Source: Mytilus californianus (taxonomy: Eukaryota). Taken from it: a DNA stretch of 64,000 nucleotides. Positions 26,805 to 38,890 of the stretch are shown here, piece after piece (the stretch's first letter is position 1; every line of letters begins with the position of its first letter). Below the pieces are notes generated by a model. The model was not told the DNA's origin. It was given only the letters and a program-made list of their open reading frames with translations, and searched no databases. The translations under genes were made by a program, and so were the position numbers. Location: positions 62,558,001-62,622,000 of the forward strand of contig NW_026262581.1 of the NCBI RefSeq assembly GCF_021869535.1, in the 5' to 3' direction.

Positions 26805-27145
26805 GTACTGATCTGATGAGTCAGCTGCACTTTTCAAGTACATTTCATTATCTTTCTTTTTTTTCCTGTTACACCACCGTTTTATGTAAGGGGGATTGAA
26901 AGCTCAAAATCGTGTTTAACCCCACCACATTATTTAAGTTCCTGTCCCAAGCCATGAGCCCGTAATTCAGGAAATGTCATTAATCGCCATTTTTCGTGCA
27001 TTGTTTTAAAAGATAAATCAGGCCATTGGTTTTACTTAATATTATTTCTTCTTTTTGACACATTTTGTCATTTCTGTAGCATTAATAGCTTACTATACTG
27101 TATAGGTTTGCCCATTGTTGGAGGTCGTGGAGTGCCTTATAGTTG
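26805..27145 (+). mobile_element. Diverged family B 3' region with twister remnant (26874-26970)
   Basis: Same block order as 54255-54600: CTGATGAGT, TGTTACACCAC, TTTAACCCC..CACATT, CCTGTCCCAAG, GAGCC..TAATTCAG and the tail. Confidence 0.7.
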
Positions 27146-28009
27146 AACAGAACCTTGTTCGTTGATTATTATATTGAAGCTTAAAGTTTTTCCTACAATA
27201 TATTCACTGATTTTCTGAGAATCATTATTGTCTTGTCAGTTTTTGACTTTATGCATAATTACATATATGGTTTTAAAAGATTACGTCGATATGTGTAATA
27301 TTACAAGGTGATCTGGATATGACTGATTTCACCTTTTCAGTGTTTACAAGCTGCATTGCACACATACAATCTAGCGCAACCGTGAACACGCTTATTGTCC
27401 ATTTATCAAATTACCGTGTATTGCACAATTTAAAAAAAAGTTATTTATATGCAATTGTAAACCCGTTATCTATCCGTCTGCTCGAACATTAATTTTAGAA
27501 AACAAAAGATCTTTACGTTAGCTGAAATGAATACTTCGTTACAAATATTATGCATATTAACACGATCATACAACCTGTGCAGTATTTATTAGACCTTAAT
27601 TCAAAAAAATATAGAATTAAATTTCTATATGGCTAGCCTATATAGCTACTGCTGTTATTCTAGACTTAAACAGTTCGGTTACTTTCGTAAAGATTGGGTT
27701 CCTGTTCTAATATACGCTCCTGTGTAAGAATATAAAGTTTATTTATTATTACCTTCTGATGTAATTGTATCAAGTACCTTTCTTTTATTTCCGTTTGAAA
27801 AAGATTATTAAATTAATTATATCTTTTCAGACGAGAAAATGTTCATCTTTTAAAAAAAATCTAGTTGAATCAAATAAGAATTAAATATGACGGGGTATAT
27901 AACGTCAATGAGACAGCAACCCAACAACAACAAAACCACATCTTGAAGACAACATCCAGACGAATCAAAGCTGGATAAATTTTGTATATTTGGGTCATAT
28001 GTGACGACT

Positions 28010-28235
28010 TATATGTTCCTCTTGTCGTAACCACAATCATGTTCGCTTTCTCTCGAATTTGACATTACCGAAAACTACTTATTACCAGTTGTTTACTTGC
28101 TGAAGCAAGACGACGGGTGCCATAAATGAAGCAGAATCTGCTTACCTGCCTGGAACACACTTCGTGCCCCCCCCCCCCCCCCCCCCCCCGAGGAGTTCGT
28201 ATTGCTCAGTCTTTGGTTTTCTATATAACGTCTGG
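28010..28235 (+). mobile_element. Penelope-like family A 3' UTR fragment with poly-C tract
   Basis: GTCGTAAC.ACAATC...ACGACGGGTGCCA...TCTGCTTACC.T.CC matches 47608-47790. Confidence 0.65.
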
Positions 28236-29836
28236 TTAAGGTAGCAATACACAGTTGGTGAATTTTTTGATAGCTGAAGAATAGTATAGCCTTCGACGTG
28301 GGTTTATATGAACATCAAGATTGTTTTTTGCATGTTTTATAGGCCATTTTTCTGTTTGACAGTCCGTATTTTCAAAACCGCCCATAGGTCCAAAAATTAT
28401 TGTAGTGTTTTTCAACAAATATTTGACCCTCGAACTCTTCTATTCAATTTTATGGAAAAATGAGGTGAAATGCATATGAACTTTTTTTGACTTCTTGGTA
28501 GATAAATGTCAATGGTTTCAGAAAAAGTATCACTCTAATGGATTGAAATTCTTCTTTGGACCAAATTTTTGGGACTTTTGTACCATTTTCACCCCCTTTT
28601 TGCAATATATTGTGTCAAATAAATGCAGATTGTTGCCATGGTTACACCAAAAAGAGATCATACTTCACAATTTCAACTATTGGAAATCAAATCTATGGAG
28701 AATGCTGTTTCGATACATAACAAAAACATTAAGCCTTATTTGTAAGAAAGCAAGGGAAAGAGGGTGGTTAAAATTATGAGTGTCAATTTGAAGTTTTTTT
28801 CCCAACTGTATTGCTACCTGATGTTTTTTTCCTTTCTTCTCATTTTTATTTTTTTGCCATGGTATTGTCTGTTTTATTGGATTTTCGAATGCTCCCATGG
28901 TACCACCTCTTTCTTTGTTAAAGCGTTCTTCTTCTGAAAAGCGTAAAATTGAAGACCAGTATGTTGATTTGGTGACAAATATAAATTTAACGGTAGTAAT
29001 GATTTTGTTGGGTTTTTAGTGTTTTAATTCCGGTGGAAGCAATTTTATTTTTATAAATACTGTATGCTAAACTATATTCCTATTAAAAAAAAATACAGGG
29101 ATATTATTACACTATTCTATCAAACCGTATTAAAATTGACCTTGGACATATAAGACTAAGAAAAACACACACACACAAAGCAGTGTAGATTAATGAATTG
29201 AAAAACAGTTCCATTATTCAAACAGCATACATTTGTCTGCAGACCATGTCTTCTATTTTTTGGTTTTGATTCATAGCATTATTTCTTTACAATAAACCAA
29301 ATTATATAATATAATTGTTAACATGAAATAACTTACCAAGTGGAAAGATTAACCAATTGAATTTACGGCTATGAACAATAAAAAATCCTAGCTAAAGTGG
29401 TCATGGTTAATTTTAAAATCCTTGTAATAAATAGTTAAAAAATCAAAAACAGCAATAAAAGAATTGAAACGCATTCACCGCCTCCATTAATTTCTTAGTC
29501 TAGTGTAACCATTTCCGATATACTATATATATATTACATTTTCAAAAGTGGCTGAAATGCGTCAAAACTATGATACAATATTCCGTGAGTCGTTAACATC
29601 AAATTCTTTAGATGGTGATATAAAATATTGATTAGAAACTTCTCGAAAAATCCCATTTTTAACCCGAAAACGAAAAGTTTGACAAATTTATGGAAAATGG
29701 AGGATCGTATTTTTTTTAACCTGAAAACAATGAAAATAATTGATGTTCATTTTTCTCAATTGATTTGTTTTGCTAGGATTTCATAAGAAACTGATATATA
29801 GAAGAGGAACATTCAAACTCATAATTCGAAAATATT

Positions 29837-30415
29837 AAACTGACAACGCCATGGCAAAAAAGCCGAAAAAAGACAAAAAGACAAACAACAGTATACATGT
29901 ACAAAACAAGACATAGGAAACTAAAGCCTGAGCAACACGAACCCTGGGTGATCTCAAGTGCTCCGAAGGAATAAACAGATCATCCTCCACATGTCCGTCT
30001 TCAACTGTGAAACAGATCAACCAACTCGTGATGGCGTCCGTAAAGTTATGAAAGGGATGATTTCAACTTCACCATTTGGAACACTTGGTTTAAGAATTTT
30101 CTTGCGAGCAGCAACCCTCTAGCAAGGAAATCATGATAGGAAATGCAAGCTCTGGAATATTGTATCAGCTGGGAGATATATACCCTAAACGCAGTTGCTG
30201 CTGGAATGTTGCTACATAGAAATAGAAAGTTCACAATTGGGACGCTGAACTCGTCTCTTTTGTCGTAAAGATTTGTTCTCAACCAACCCTCATTGTCAAA
30301 TTCTAGATGTAATTCAAGATATACGCCTGACTTAACATATCTGTTGTAACCTTTATGTCAGTCTGATGGGATATATGCAATCAACATAGTCACCAAACTT
30401 TGAATTATTTAGTGA
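29837..30415 (-). mobile_element. Penelope-like (Naiad-type) family A, RT C-terminus plus 3' UTR
   Basis: SLNNSKFGDYVD...LYDKRDEFSVPIVNFLFLCSNIPAA...YISQLIQYSRAC...KLKSSL, colinear with 55280-55690. Confidence 0.85.
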
Positions 30416-30830
30416 GATTGATCGATTGTTGTTTGCTTAACATTCAGTGCCAGATATTGCATGCATGTTCAGGTCGAAAACAAATTAACAATAAATACCA
30501 CAGACAGGTCTTGTAAGAAAGGCCGTAAGAGTAGAAGGTCGTTGAAATTTGGACTGCCACGGGTGCTGAGGGTATATTGGATAGATACAGAAATATAGCC
30601 TTACAACAGGCCACCTACGGACCCTTCAAAGAGCGTGGCACTCTCTTTGCACTAGGTATCGAATTTAACGTCTCCATTCTGACTGGACTTGTACATGATG
30701 TACAGCCAAACGGACGCCCCACTTTAGCGAGGGTTTTATTGCCGGTCGGTCGGAAGAAGACAAAAGTGACCGTTTTTCTATTCCCCAGTCACCCTTGGGT
30801 TACTTTGTTGTCATAATAACAGTTGGTGAG
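30415..30830 (-). mobile_element. SINE-like element (family C), near full length with an internal deletion
   Basis: Reverse complement of 13455-13828, including the ATTG tail and the CAGCCAAACGGACGCCCCACTTT block. Confidence 0.8.
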
Positions 30831-31069
30831 CATGATTGAACAATTTTTCTAATTTAATTGTTTTTTTATTTTTGCATGATGCATTTATGCAATTTAAGTT
30901 TTGTAGATATTCATTAACCTGTATGGATTACACATCGAAATGGCTGGAAGCATTTCCAATATACTCAAAGTCTACACCCTAGGTAGTTGACAAACTATAT
31001 AGTACCATATACCGTTTTAAAGTAATAAAAGAAATTGTATCGGAGCAAGAAAGAGAACTCAAAAGCTAG

Positions 31070-31520
31070 TTGATGGATAACATATGTGAAACATTGAAAA
31101 TAAAACACATCACACATCTCTTTACCATCCATAGCATGATTGAGAAATTCAACCAGGCTTTAAAAGGAATAATAAACAAAGACAGTCACTAACCACTCAA
31201 AAGATTGGGATACATATATTGAAAATGCCAGCACATCATAATCACCATTCCCTCAAATTTACTCTATTCTATGTAATACATTTACGACAAGCAGTATGAC
31301 CAAATGAAACTCTAGGTAACTATTTGAAAAATGACGAAAGAAATAACGGAGAAGAATACTGAAAATGTGATATAAAACCTGAAAGTTGTTCGATAAGAGG
31401 TAACTGATTATGTACAAACGACTCTAACAAGGCAGAAAGAGGCATATTACAGACGTCTCAATGTTGGCAATAAATTGTATAAAATTGGTCAGTATGTACT
31501 GTCAAAATATTTCAGAAAGA
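31070..31520 (+). mobile_element. Decayed Gypsy/Ginger-type integrase core and C-terminus
   Basis: ICETLKIKH..SLYHP..MIEKFNQALKGII..KDWDTYI and RQKEAYY..YKIGQYVL patterns, with stops and frameshifts. A 47-bp tandem duplication follows at 31529-31622. Confidence 0.6.
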
Positions 31521-32656
31521 AACCTAAAATGACTACAATTGAACATCGAAAATATGTCCTACAAAATTCTACATTATGACTACAGTTAAACATCGAAAAT
31601 ATGTCCTACAAAATTCTACATTACAACTACAAACGGAACTTTACTCCTAGGAAACGAAGAACAGTAAAAGAAAGTTTTAACTCATAACCAAAATCTTTAG
31701 ATAAGTAACCAAGTAAGCATCTTCCAGGAGAGGAGGGGACAGGCCATCGTTTCACAAAAGGTCGTTAATCGTGAAGTAGGTTTACGACTTATAATAAATA
31801 CAACTCTCAATTTCCCGATAGGGTATAAGCAGTCGTAAATCAGAAACATGAATAAAACGAGGATAAATACGCGTCATTTCTTGCAATTATGGCTGCGTTC
31901 TTGGGTGTGTCAGAACAAGAAGAGAGGAAAGAAGGGTTTTTGAGACAGGAACAACCCGATAGACTACATGGTAGGTATAGAACTAAAACAAAGATCTTGG
32001 AAGTTGTTGGCTTGATAAAAACGGATATTGAGAGTCTAACATCTAGGAGTCATGCCATTCCAGCAATTTTAATGGAGTGACATCCCTTTATTTCTTATGA
32101 TCCTGCCATTTCGTCCACTTAAAACGTTTATCTCCTTTGTAACCAATAAAATAAGAAACGAAATTGTAACAGGAAGGTTTTCTGTAATACTTATTTTTTT
32201 TCTTATTTACATCAAATTTATTAAACTAAGTTGAAAAAAGAAGAATGAGAAGTCACTTGTGACAGTGATGAATACCACTGGAGAAGAGCAAGATGATCAG
32301 ACTGAAAACAATGATATCAGTACAGAACTGGACAGGGATTATGCAGAGGACGCAGTTTGGACTCATAATGATGAGTGCATTATTGACTCCGATCAATTTC
32401 ATTGACGAAAATAATGAAAAATCAGATGGTAATACATCGACGATGTTTAACCTTTCACAGTCAACTATCAATTCAGAAGTTGAAGTTCAACAAGTACAAG
32501 TAGGAAGAAAAACACGGAAAAAACGTTCAAGTCCAACATTTATGAATACCTATGAAATTCAATTTGCCAACTTTAAGGGGTACAGAACACCTAAGAAAGA
32601 TAACTCTTACTCATAGTCTGTTTCATTGCAGCGTTTTAAAATCACATGCAATATGC

Positions 32657-32723
32657 TAGCCTGGCATCCCGGCCCGATCTAGCTGCGCGTCGCAAGGACA
32701 AGATTAGCCAGGACACCAGGCTA
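32657..32723. mobile_element. 67-bp MITE with TAG...CTA termini and 9-bp TSD (AcademH-like)
   Basis: TIR TAGCCTGG / CCAGGCTA, extending imperfectly to about 24 bp. An exact GCAATATGC lies at 32648-32656 and 32724-32732. Confidence 0.8.
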
Positions 32724-33299
32724 GCAATATGCAAGAATTCAAAAGATCCAGATCAGAATGTTTACATTGTAGGTTGCAGTCTTGTAATTGACTGCTCCAT
32801 AGGCTTACATGCAAAATAGCTGATCTTTGAAAAAAAAATGCTACATAGAAAAAAAATTTCATGTTCATATCATGTATGTACTAATGTGAAATTGTGATTT
32901 AATCGAAAAAAAAGTGGGTCATGCCACGAAGAATAAAAAGTTACGTAACCCTAAAGTCAAAACATTTTTTTTCTACTTTCTGTTTGCTGTTTTTACTAGG
33001 CCGCACCACTTCCAGTAAACATGATATCCTTCCACTTTCTTGGATTGATATCCCCAAAAAGATGCAAGATTTTTTTTAAATCTATATATATGTTTCAATT
33101 CAGCATAAACTTTTAATCAAACAGAAAAAATTGAGTCCAGAAAAAAATTCAGAAAAAAATGGACTATTTTATTTACCTCCATGTTTTGACATGCACCGGA
33201 AACTGGAGTTGTAATACAAGACTGGTACCTGTAGCTACACCTATTGTTATTCTTTTAATCTTTTAATCCATTTATAGTAACACATTTTCCATAAATGAA

Positions 33300-33605
33300 T
33301 CTTCAGAGACCAAACAGGAAAATTTCAAAGCAAGATAAATGTAAAAAAGAAAAGCAGGAGGTCAGATTTTTTCAAAAGGGCAAATGAAGGGAAACAGAAG
33401 GACCCAGACGTAGTTGGCATCTTTAATGACCACTACAACTATATTCATTACTTCATTGATATAGATGTAGAGACTGAGGTTACTGATCCCCTTTATGGGA
33501 AACCACAGTCCTGGGTTGTGGGGAGAAGAATAGTTGAACTAGATCTGCTTGCATCAGGCATGTACTATTGTATTTGCAAGTCCCCTCTCCACCTGTCTAT
33601 CAACC
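33300..33605 (+). mobile_element. N-terminal remnant of a Mutator-like transposase
   Basis: SWVVGRRIVELDLLASGMYYCICKSPLHLS matches the GRRIVEL..LA...C..C..PL.L start of animal Mutator-like transposases (from recalled family pattern). Confidence 0.55.
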
Positions 33606-33644
33606 AGTCCTTCCATCCATATCAAATCTTGTCTGCTCTATGGC

Positions 33645-33990
33645 TTATGAACCTTTATGATTTCATAGTTTAAACTTGACATGTATATTCACTAACACCA
33701 GAGGTTATGTCATAATGTATATAGAACCTTAATTATTGGTCAAAGGTCAAGATCAAAAACTAAGGTCACAGTTGAGAACCTCATATTCTATGGTGGAAAT
33801 GGTCACAGCTCTATATCTTGAGAACCTTAATGATTTCAAAGTCTATACTTGGCATGTATATTCACTAGCACCAGAGGGTCTGTCGTTATAAATTATATGT
33901 ACATCTCATTAGGTCAAAGGTTAAGGTAAAACAATTCAGGTCAGAGTTGAGAACCCATGTCATATGGTCAAGATGGTCTATAATTTTAGA
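33645..33990. repeat. Two diverged ~173-bp tandem units (HINE/satellite-core type)
   Basis: ACTTG.CATGTATATTCACTA.CACCAGAGG at 33674 and 33847. GGTCAAAGGT and GTTGAGAACC are also repeated. Confidence 0.75.
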
Positions 33991-34299
33991 GTGGTTTAAA
34001 GTAAAGCAAAGATAATTGGCATGGTCATTCACCACTGTCAAAAGGGGTGTCACGATTATTGGGAACCCCATTGTTCGTTGGTAAAGATTGCGTTTGTTAT
34101 ACTTGAGAACAGTTTAAAGGTTTAGTGATCATATATGGCACGATTATGCATCACATTGGAAGGTGTGTCTCAATTAATGTCCAATTATCTTTGTTAATGG
34201 TCACGGTAACAAATCTTAAGTCCAGAGATGGGTACCCCATGTCCTTTGATTAAGATATTCCTCACTATTTAACAGGGGAACCTTTACAGGGGCGCACAG

Positions 34300-34750
34300 A
34301 GATGGATTCCAGTTTCTTCTAAATTAATAGAATTTTTATCCCCTGCTTTCACCATTTAGGTCTGATTATGCTTATCAAACAGCATTTTGAAAGATAATTG
34401 AAGACTGAAAACAAATTTATTGTTGCATTTTTAAAGGGTCTTTCTAAGGCTTTTGACTGTTTACCCCTGCTTTCACCATTTAGGTCTGATTATGCTTATC
34501 AAACAGCATTTTGAAAGATAATTGAAGACTGAAAACAAATTTATTGTTGCATTTTTAAAGGGTCTTTCTAAGGCTTTTGACTGTTTACCTCACTATTCTT
34601 TTATTAAGATTGAAAGCATACATATGACCTGTCAAAAATTTCTCGAAAATTATTACAAAATTATCTAGAAAACAGAAAACAATGTATCAGAAGTGATGGT
34701 TCAAACAGTGAATGGGGGCAGTTGTTTAAATGTGTACCACAAGGGTCAGA
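34300..34750 (+). mobile_element. Decayed CR1-type LINE RT fragment containing an exact 124-bp tandem duplication
   Basis: LSKAFDCL...LKAY...NRKQCIR...VPQGS motifs. 34340-34463 is identical to 34464-34587. Confidence 0.75.
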
Positions 34751-34759
34751 TTAAGTTTG

Positions 34760-35130
34760 AATTTATTTCTGGTTCGATGATTTTTTGCAGTTATGGTTCG
34801 GAGACTTAGAAAACTTACGCAAATAATCAGTTTTTCACTCTTTTTTCTGTCATGCTTGAAGATATTAGATATATAGTTTTACCATGACAAGTCACAAGTT
34901 AATACAGATTAATTTTGTTCCGTTTGGATATTTTCTGCAGATTCATGGTCCTCACACTTAGAAAATTCATGCAAATAATAAGTTTTCTGCACTTTTTGTT
35001 GGTTATGCTTGAAGTTAATAACCATGACATTAATTACTGATAAAGTTTGAAATTTGTTCTGGTCCGATGATTTTTTCCGGAGTTTGATCCCATAATTTAG
35101 GAACTGATGGCCAAGTAAATTTTCTTTCGT
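34760..35130. repeat. Diverged ~140-150-bp tandem units (HINE core-like)
   Basis: Repeated ACTTAGAAAA..GCAAATAAT..GTTTT...ATGCTTGAAG and TTCTGGT.CGATGATTTTTT blocks. Confidence 0.55.
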
Positions 35131-35764
35131 AATATTTGTATACATGTAAATCAATAGAAATAACACTGTCTGTTGATCTGTCTATTAACCTTATTTATAC
35201 AACTTCTTCGGTGAAACTTTATTCACAAGAAAAAAAAATTCACAATACATTTTAGTATAAACAGATTTGGTTTTCAATATTTGCACCAGGAGATATTTGG
35301 ACTTTTGAATTTAGAAAATATTACAAATTTACAGATGGTTTCGATTTTGTTCCAGTCAAGTGAATTTTCAGCCGCTTCTTGATCTGTTTGTGCTTTTCTT
35401 TCAAGTTGCTTTTCAAATTTAAAAAAATTTGAATGATACATTTTAATTGTACTTAATTTGCAAGTTGTTTTTCTAAAACCTGCCTTAATAGAAACTATGC
35501 CTTTTTTGAAATTTTATGGAACTACAAATGTACATGTATTTTTTGTCTTGATAGTTTATGTATTTTGTATGCATGGAATTTGTTGATATGTCATAATGTG
35601 TGTCTATATTGTTGTATGGTCGATTTGAAAAGCTCATTAGAGCTTGTGTAATTTGTTTTGGTTTACTAAATATCGACTCTAAATAAAACTTTGAATTGAA
35701 TTGAATCAACAAGCTAAATATCTCATGGCCTGGTTAAGTGTTTCTTGCCAAAATATACATTTAT

Positions 35765-36035
35765 CGTCCTTGAGGTCAAAGTTCAAGGTCACAATTGTAA
35801 GGGGCACACCACCTCATGATGATACATCCATATGCCAAAGAAGTAAGGCCTAGGTCAAAAGACAAAAAAGATGACCTGGTCATTTTTCTTGCGAAAAAAT
35901 ACATTAAATTTACCTTGAGGTCAAATTAGAAGGTCACTTGAAGGTCATCATGATACAAGACACTTAACCTCATGATGATACATCCACATGCCAAATATCT
36001 AAGGCCTAGATCAAAAGACAAAACAGTTATGACCC
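35765..36035. repeat. Two ~145-bp-period tandem units (HINE/satellite core)
   Basis: CTTGAGGTCAAA at 35769 and 35914. ACCTCATGATGATACATCCA.ATGCCAAA and AAGGCCTAG.TCAAAAGACAAAA are repeated. Confidence 0.75.
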
Positions 36036-36799
36036 ATATCTACTATCAGAATGGAACTTGCTCTTATTTATTGAGGGTGGGGGTATATTTTAAACTTGAA
36101 AAGAAAACAATCTGGCAGCTAAATTGTTATAAACTTTTGAAAGAATAACAGACTGATATAGCACTACAAATTGTTAGTTTAAAAAAAAAAAACCCAAAAA
36201 ACGACACTTTTTTTTTTAATTAACATTTTTTTCTTAAAATATTTGACCAATCATAGTCATTTTTGGTCGCTATATCTTAGACCCCTTCTTTTATTTCGCA
36301 CTAAAATTTAAATCCAGAATAAAAAAGCTTACAAGTATATATAAAGGATATCAATTAACTTAAAATTGTCCGAGTTATCACTATTAACTATGCTATTGTC
36401 AATTTAGGCTAAATTTTAAAAACAAATAACATATTTACCCCTATATATCTGGAACTTCCAAGCTCGGCCGAAATTAGCATGTGACCCATGCCTTACTTGA
36501 GTGGCCATATCTTTTTTACCAACGGTTCAAATCTTTTAAAAATTTTAACATGATGTTCAGCTATGCCTAATTTATCAATGAGATAAAAACAAGAAAAATT
36601 AAACGACAGGGTTTTTTTTTTTGTATAGTGTTATCATGGAACTGACTTTTCTTATAAAGTCATATAGTCATAGATTTGATTAGCTAGGAAACAAAGTCCG
36701 GTGGACAAAAACTAGTACTGGACCGAATTTTCTTTTACACATTGTTACTTATTTAAAAATAATTCTAGAACGATAGTGGAATATGTGTAAAGTGTAAAG

Positions 36800-36935
36800 C
36801 ATTGGCGGATCCGGGGTTGGACCCCCCCCCCCCTTTTTTGACGATCAATGCATTTGAATGGGGACATATAGTTGGAACCCCCTTTTAATCCTGGGTTGGG
36901 AATCCCCCTTTTAAAAATGACTGGATCCGTCCCTG
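36800..36935. mobile_element. MITE with GGCGGATCC-type TIRs
   Basis: Left CATTGGCGGATCCGG versus right CTGGATCCGTCCCTG. No TSD was evident. A related decayed element lies at about 46341-46525. Confidence 0.6.
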
Positions 36936-37770
36936 TAATAAAAGGATAAACAAATTTTATAAAATGGCAAAAGCATTATAATGGAGCTGCGTCGGGTAGA
37001 AATCGACATCATGCATGTGCACGCATACATGTATGTGTATAAGACTTTGATTGATTTTGGAACATTCAAATACAAAATAAAAGATGAATGTTGGTCTGTT
37101 TTGAAGGCTCTTCTAACAACTAAATATCGAAACAGTTACAGACTTTGCAAAGATTTTTAACCCGAAATAGGTTAACAGATGTATTAATATTCATTTACAT
37201 AAGGTTTCTATCCGACGCAACCCATATGATATTAATTGAATTGGAACTAAATTACATCATTTATAAAATAATAACATATAAGATAGCTTGATAAACAAGG
37301 TACTGCTTATTATATTGCTAAAATGAAACTAATAATCGAGGTTATGTCCCCTTGTATAGCAAAGTATTTCTTTTTTATCTGTTCAATATTTTTTAGTTTA
37401 ACTAAAAGATTTGTAAATGTGAGATCTAATTATTCAAACGTGTTCATTGAAAAGAAAAATGTGACTTCTTAAACACACTCTTTAACCATGTTACCAAAAA
37501 GTCTGAACCTATCATTTATGAGCAGAGAAATTTAATAGGTCCGATTTACCAACGATTGTAGTAAATATTGAAAACAGCACTTTATAAATAACATGCTTCC
37601 GAAGCGCTTTTCTTGATTTTCCTTCTTCAAGAACGCAGAATAATTGAAAACGATTGAAGGGCTATAAGACAAAAAAAATGAAGACCTCAAATCAATGCCG
37701 AAACCTATTTTTATACAGCTAATCTTGATCTTTATCCAATTTAAAAGAGAAAAACAATTAGAATTCTAAC

Positions 37771-38080
37771 CAGACGTGGTTGCGTTTGTGGACATCCCCA
37801 TACGTAAGTAGACGTGGATGTGTATCTTTAACATCCTTAGATTGGCCTGAGAATCGTTCTCTAATAACTGAACAGACGAAGTTGCGTATGTTGACATCCC
37901 CATAATTAAGTAGATGTGGACGGGTATCTTTGACATCCAAGTATTGGCCCAAGAATTGTTTTTGTTGTCTACTAGGGACTGAATTCGTTCTTTGTCCAAC
38001 ATTGTGATGTCAAAGATGCTCGTCCATATCTACTTTCGTATGGGGATGTCAACATACGCAGCCACGTCTGTTCAGTATTA
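37771..38080. repeat. Fold-back element: two direct ~102-bp units followed by an inverted third unit
   Basis: Units start at 37771 and 37873. 38005-38080 is the reverse complement of 37862-37938. Confidence 0.85.
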
Positions 38081-38574
38081 ACATTTATTTCGCATCTCTT
38101 GGAAAGTAGTGACGTTTTAACGCAATCACCAAGTGACCCCCTATGTATCACTAGTGGGTCAGTAGATTCCATAGGGGTATCATGACTTCATCTATCAATG
38201 TTATTGTAATCCAGTATTTGATTTTAAACAAACCTTGGCAAGAAAAGTTCCATGTGCGATAAATTCGTTGTACGGTTCATTACTGACCCCTACGAATCCA
38301 TACAGCGTGATTAAAATCAACATTAAGTTTACAAGGTCATTTACCTGTGAGTTAAGTTTTGTTTTCTCCTTCTCACAAATTGAAAAAAAAAAAATCTTAT
38401 TTATTATGATGTCGGTCATTGACTATTGTATCGGAAAAGATGAATGATTATGAAGCAACGGCTTGAAATCATTTGTCACGCTTTTATGATACTATCAATA
38501 TTTAAAGATCAACAATAAACAAACAAGAAAAGAAATATGTATCACACACGACCACAATTTACCCATAGAATTAC

Positions 38575-38890
38575 AATCCTAGCTAAAGTTGGGCGTCCAT
38601 TTGGCTCTGCGGAATGTATAAATACGAAGCAACGTCAGGTCTAAATTTGAGACGTAAAATCAGATGCCTCAGGTAGAGAAGTGGAGAGAGTGTCACATTC
38701 TTTTAGTCTTTTCGGAATTTAAGCCCCTATCCACCATATTATACCCTCATTTTCCGGTGGCAGACCAATTTTCCGCCTTTAATACCAGTCTGTTTACCTT
38801 GCAAAACTTACCTACTGTTTTATTTGCTAATTTGTATTCGTCCTGAATATGCTTAAATATTTGCAACTGGCCGCTAGGCAATCAACAAGA
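38575..38890 (+). mobile_element. SINE-like element (family C), diverged copy
   Basis: AAAGTTGGGCGTCCATTTGGCT...ATACCCTCATTTTCC.GTGGCAG.CCAA...CGTCCTGAATATGC...GCAATCAAC. Confidence 0.7.
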
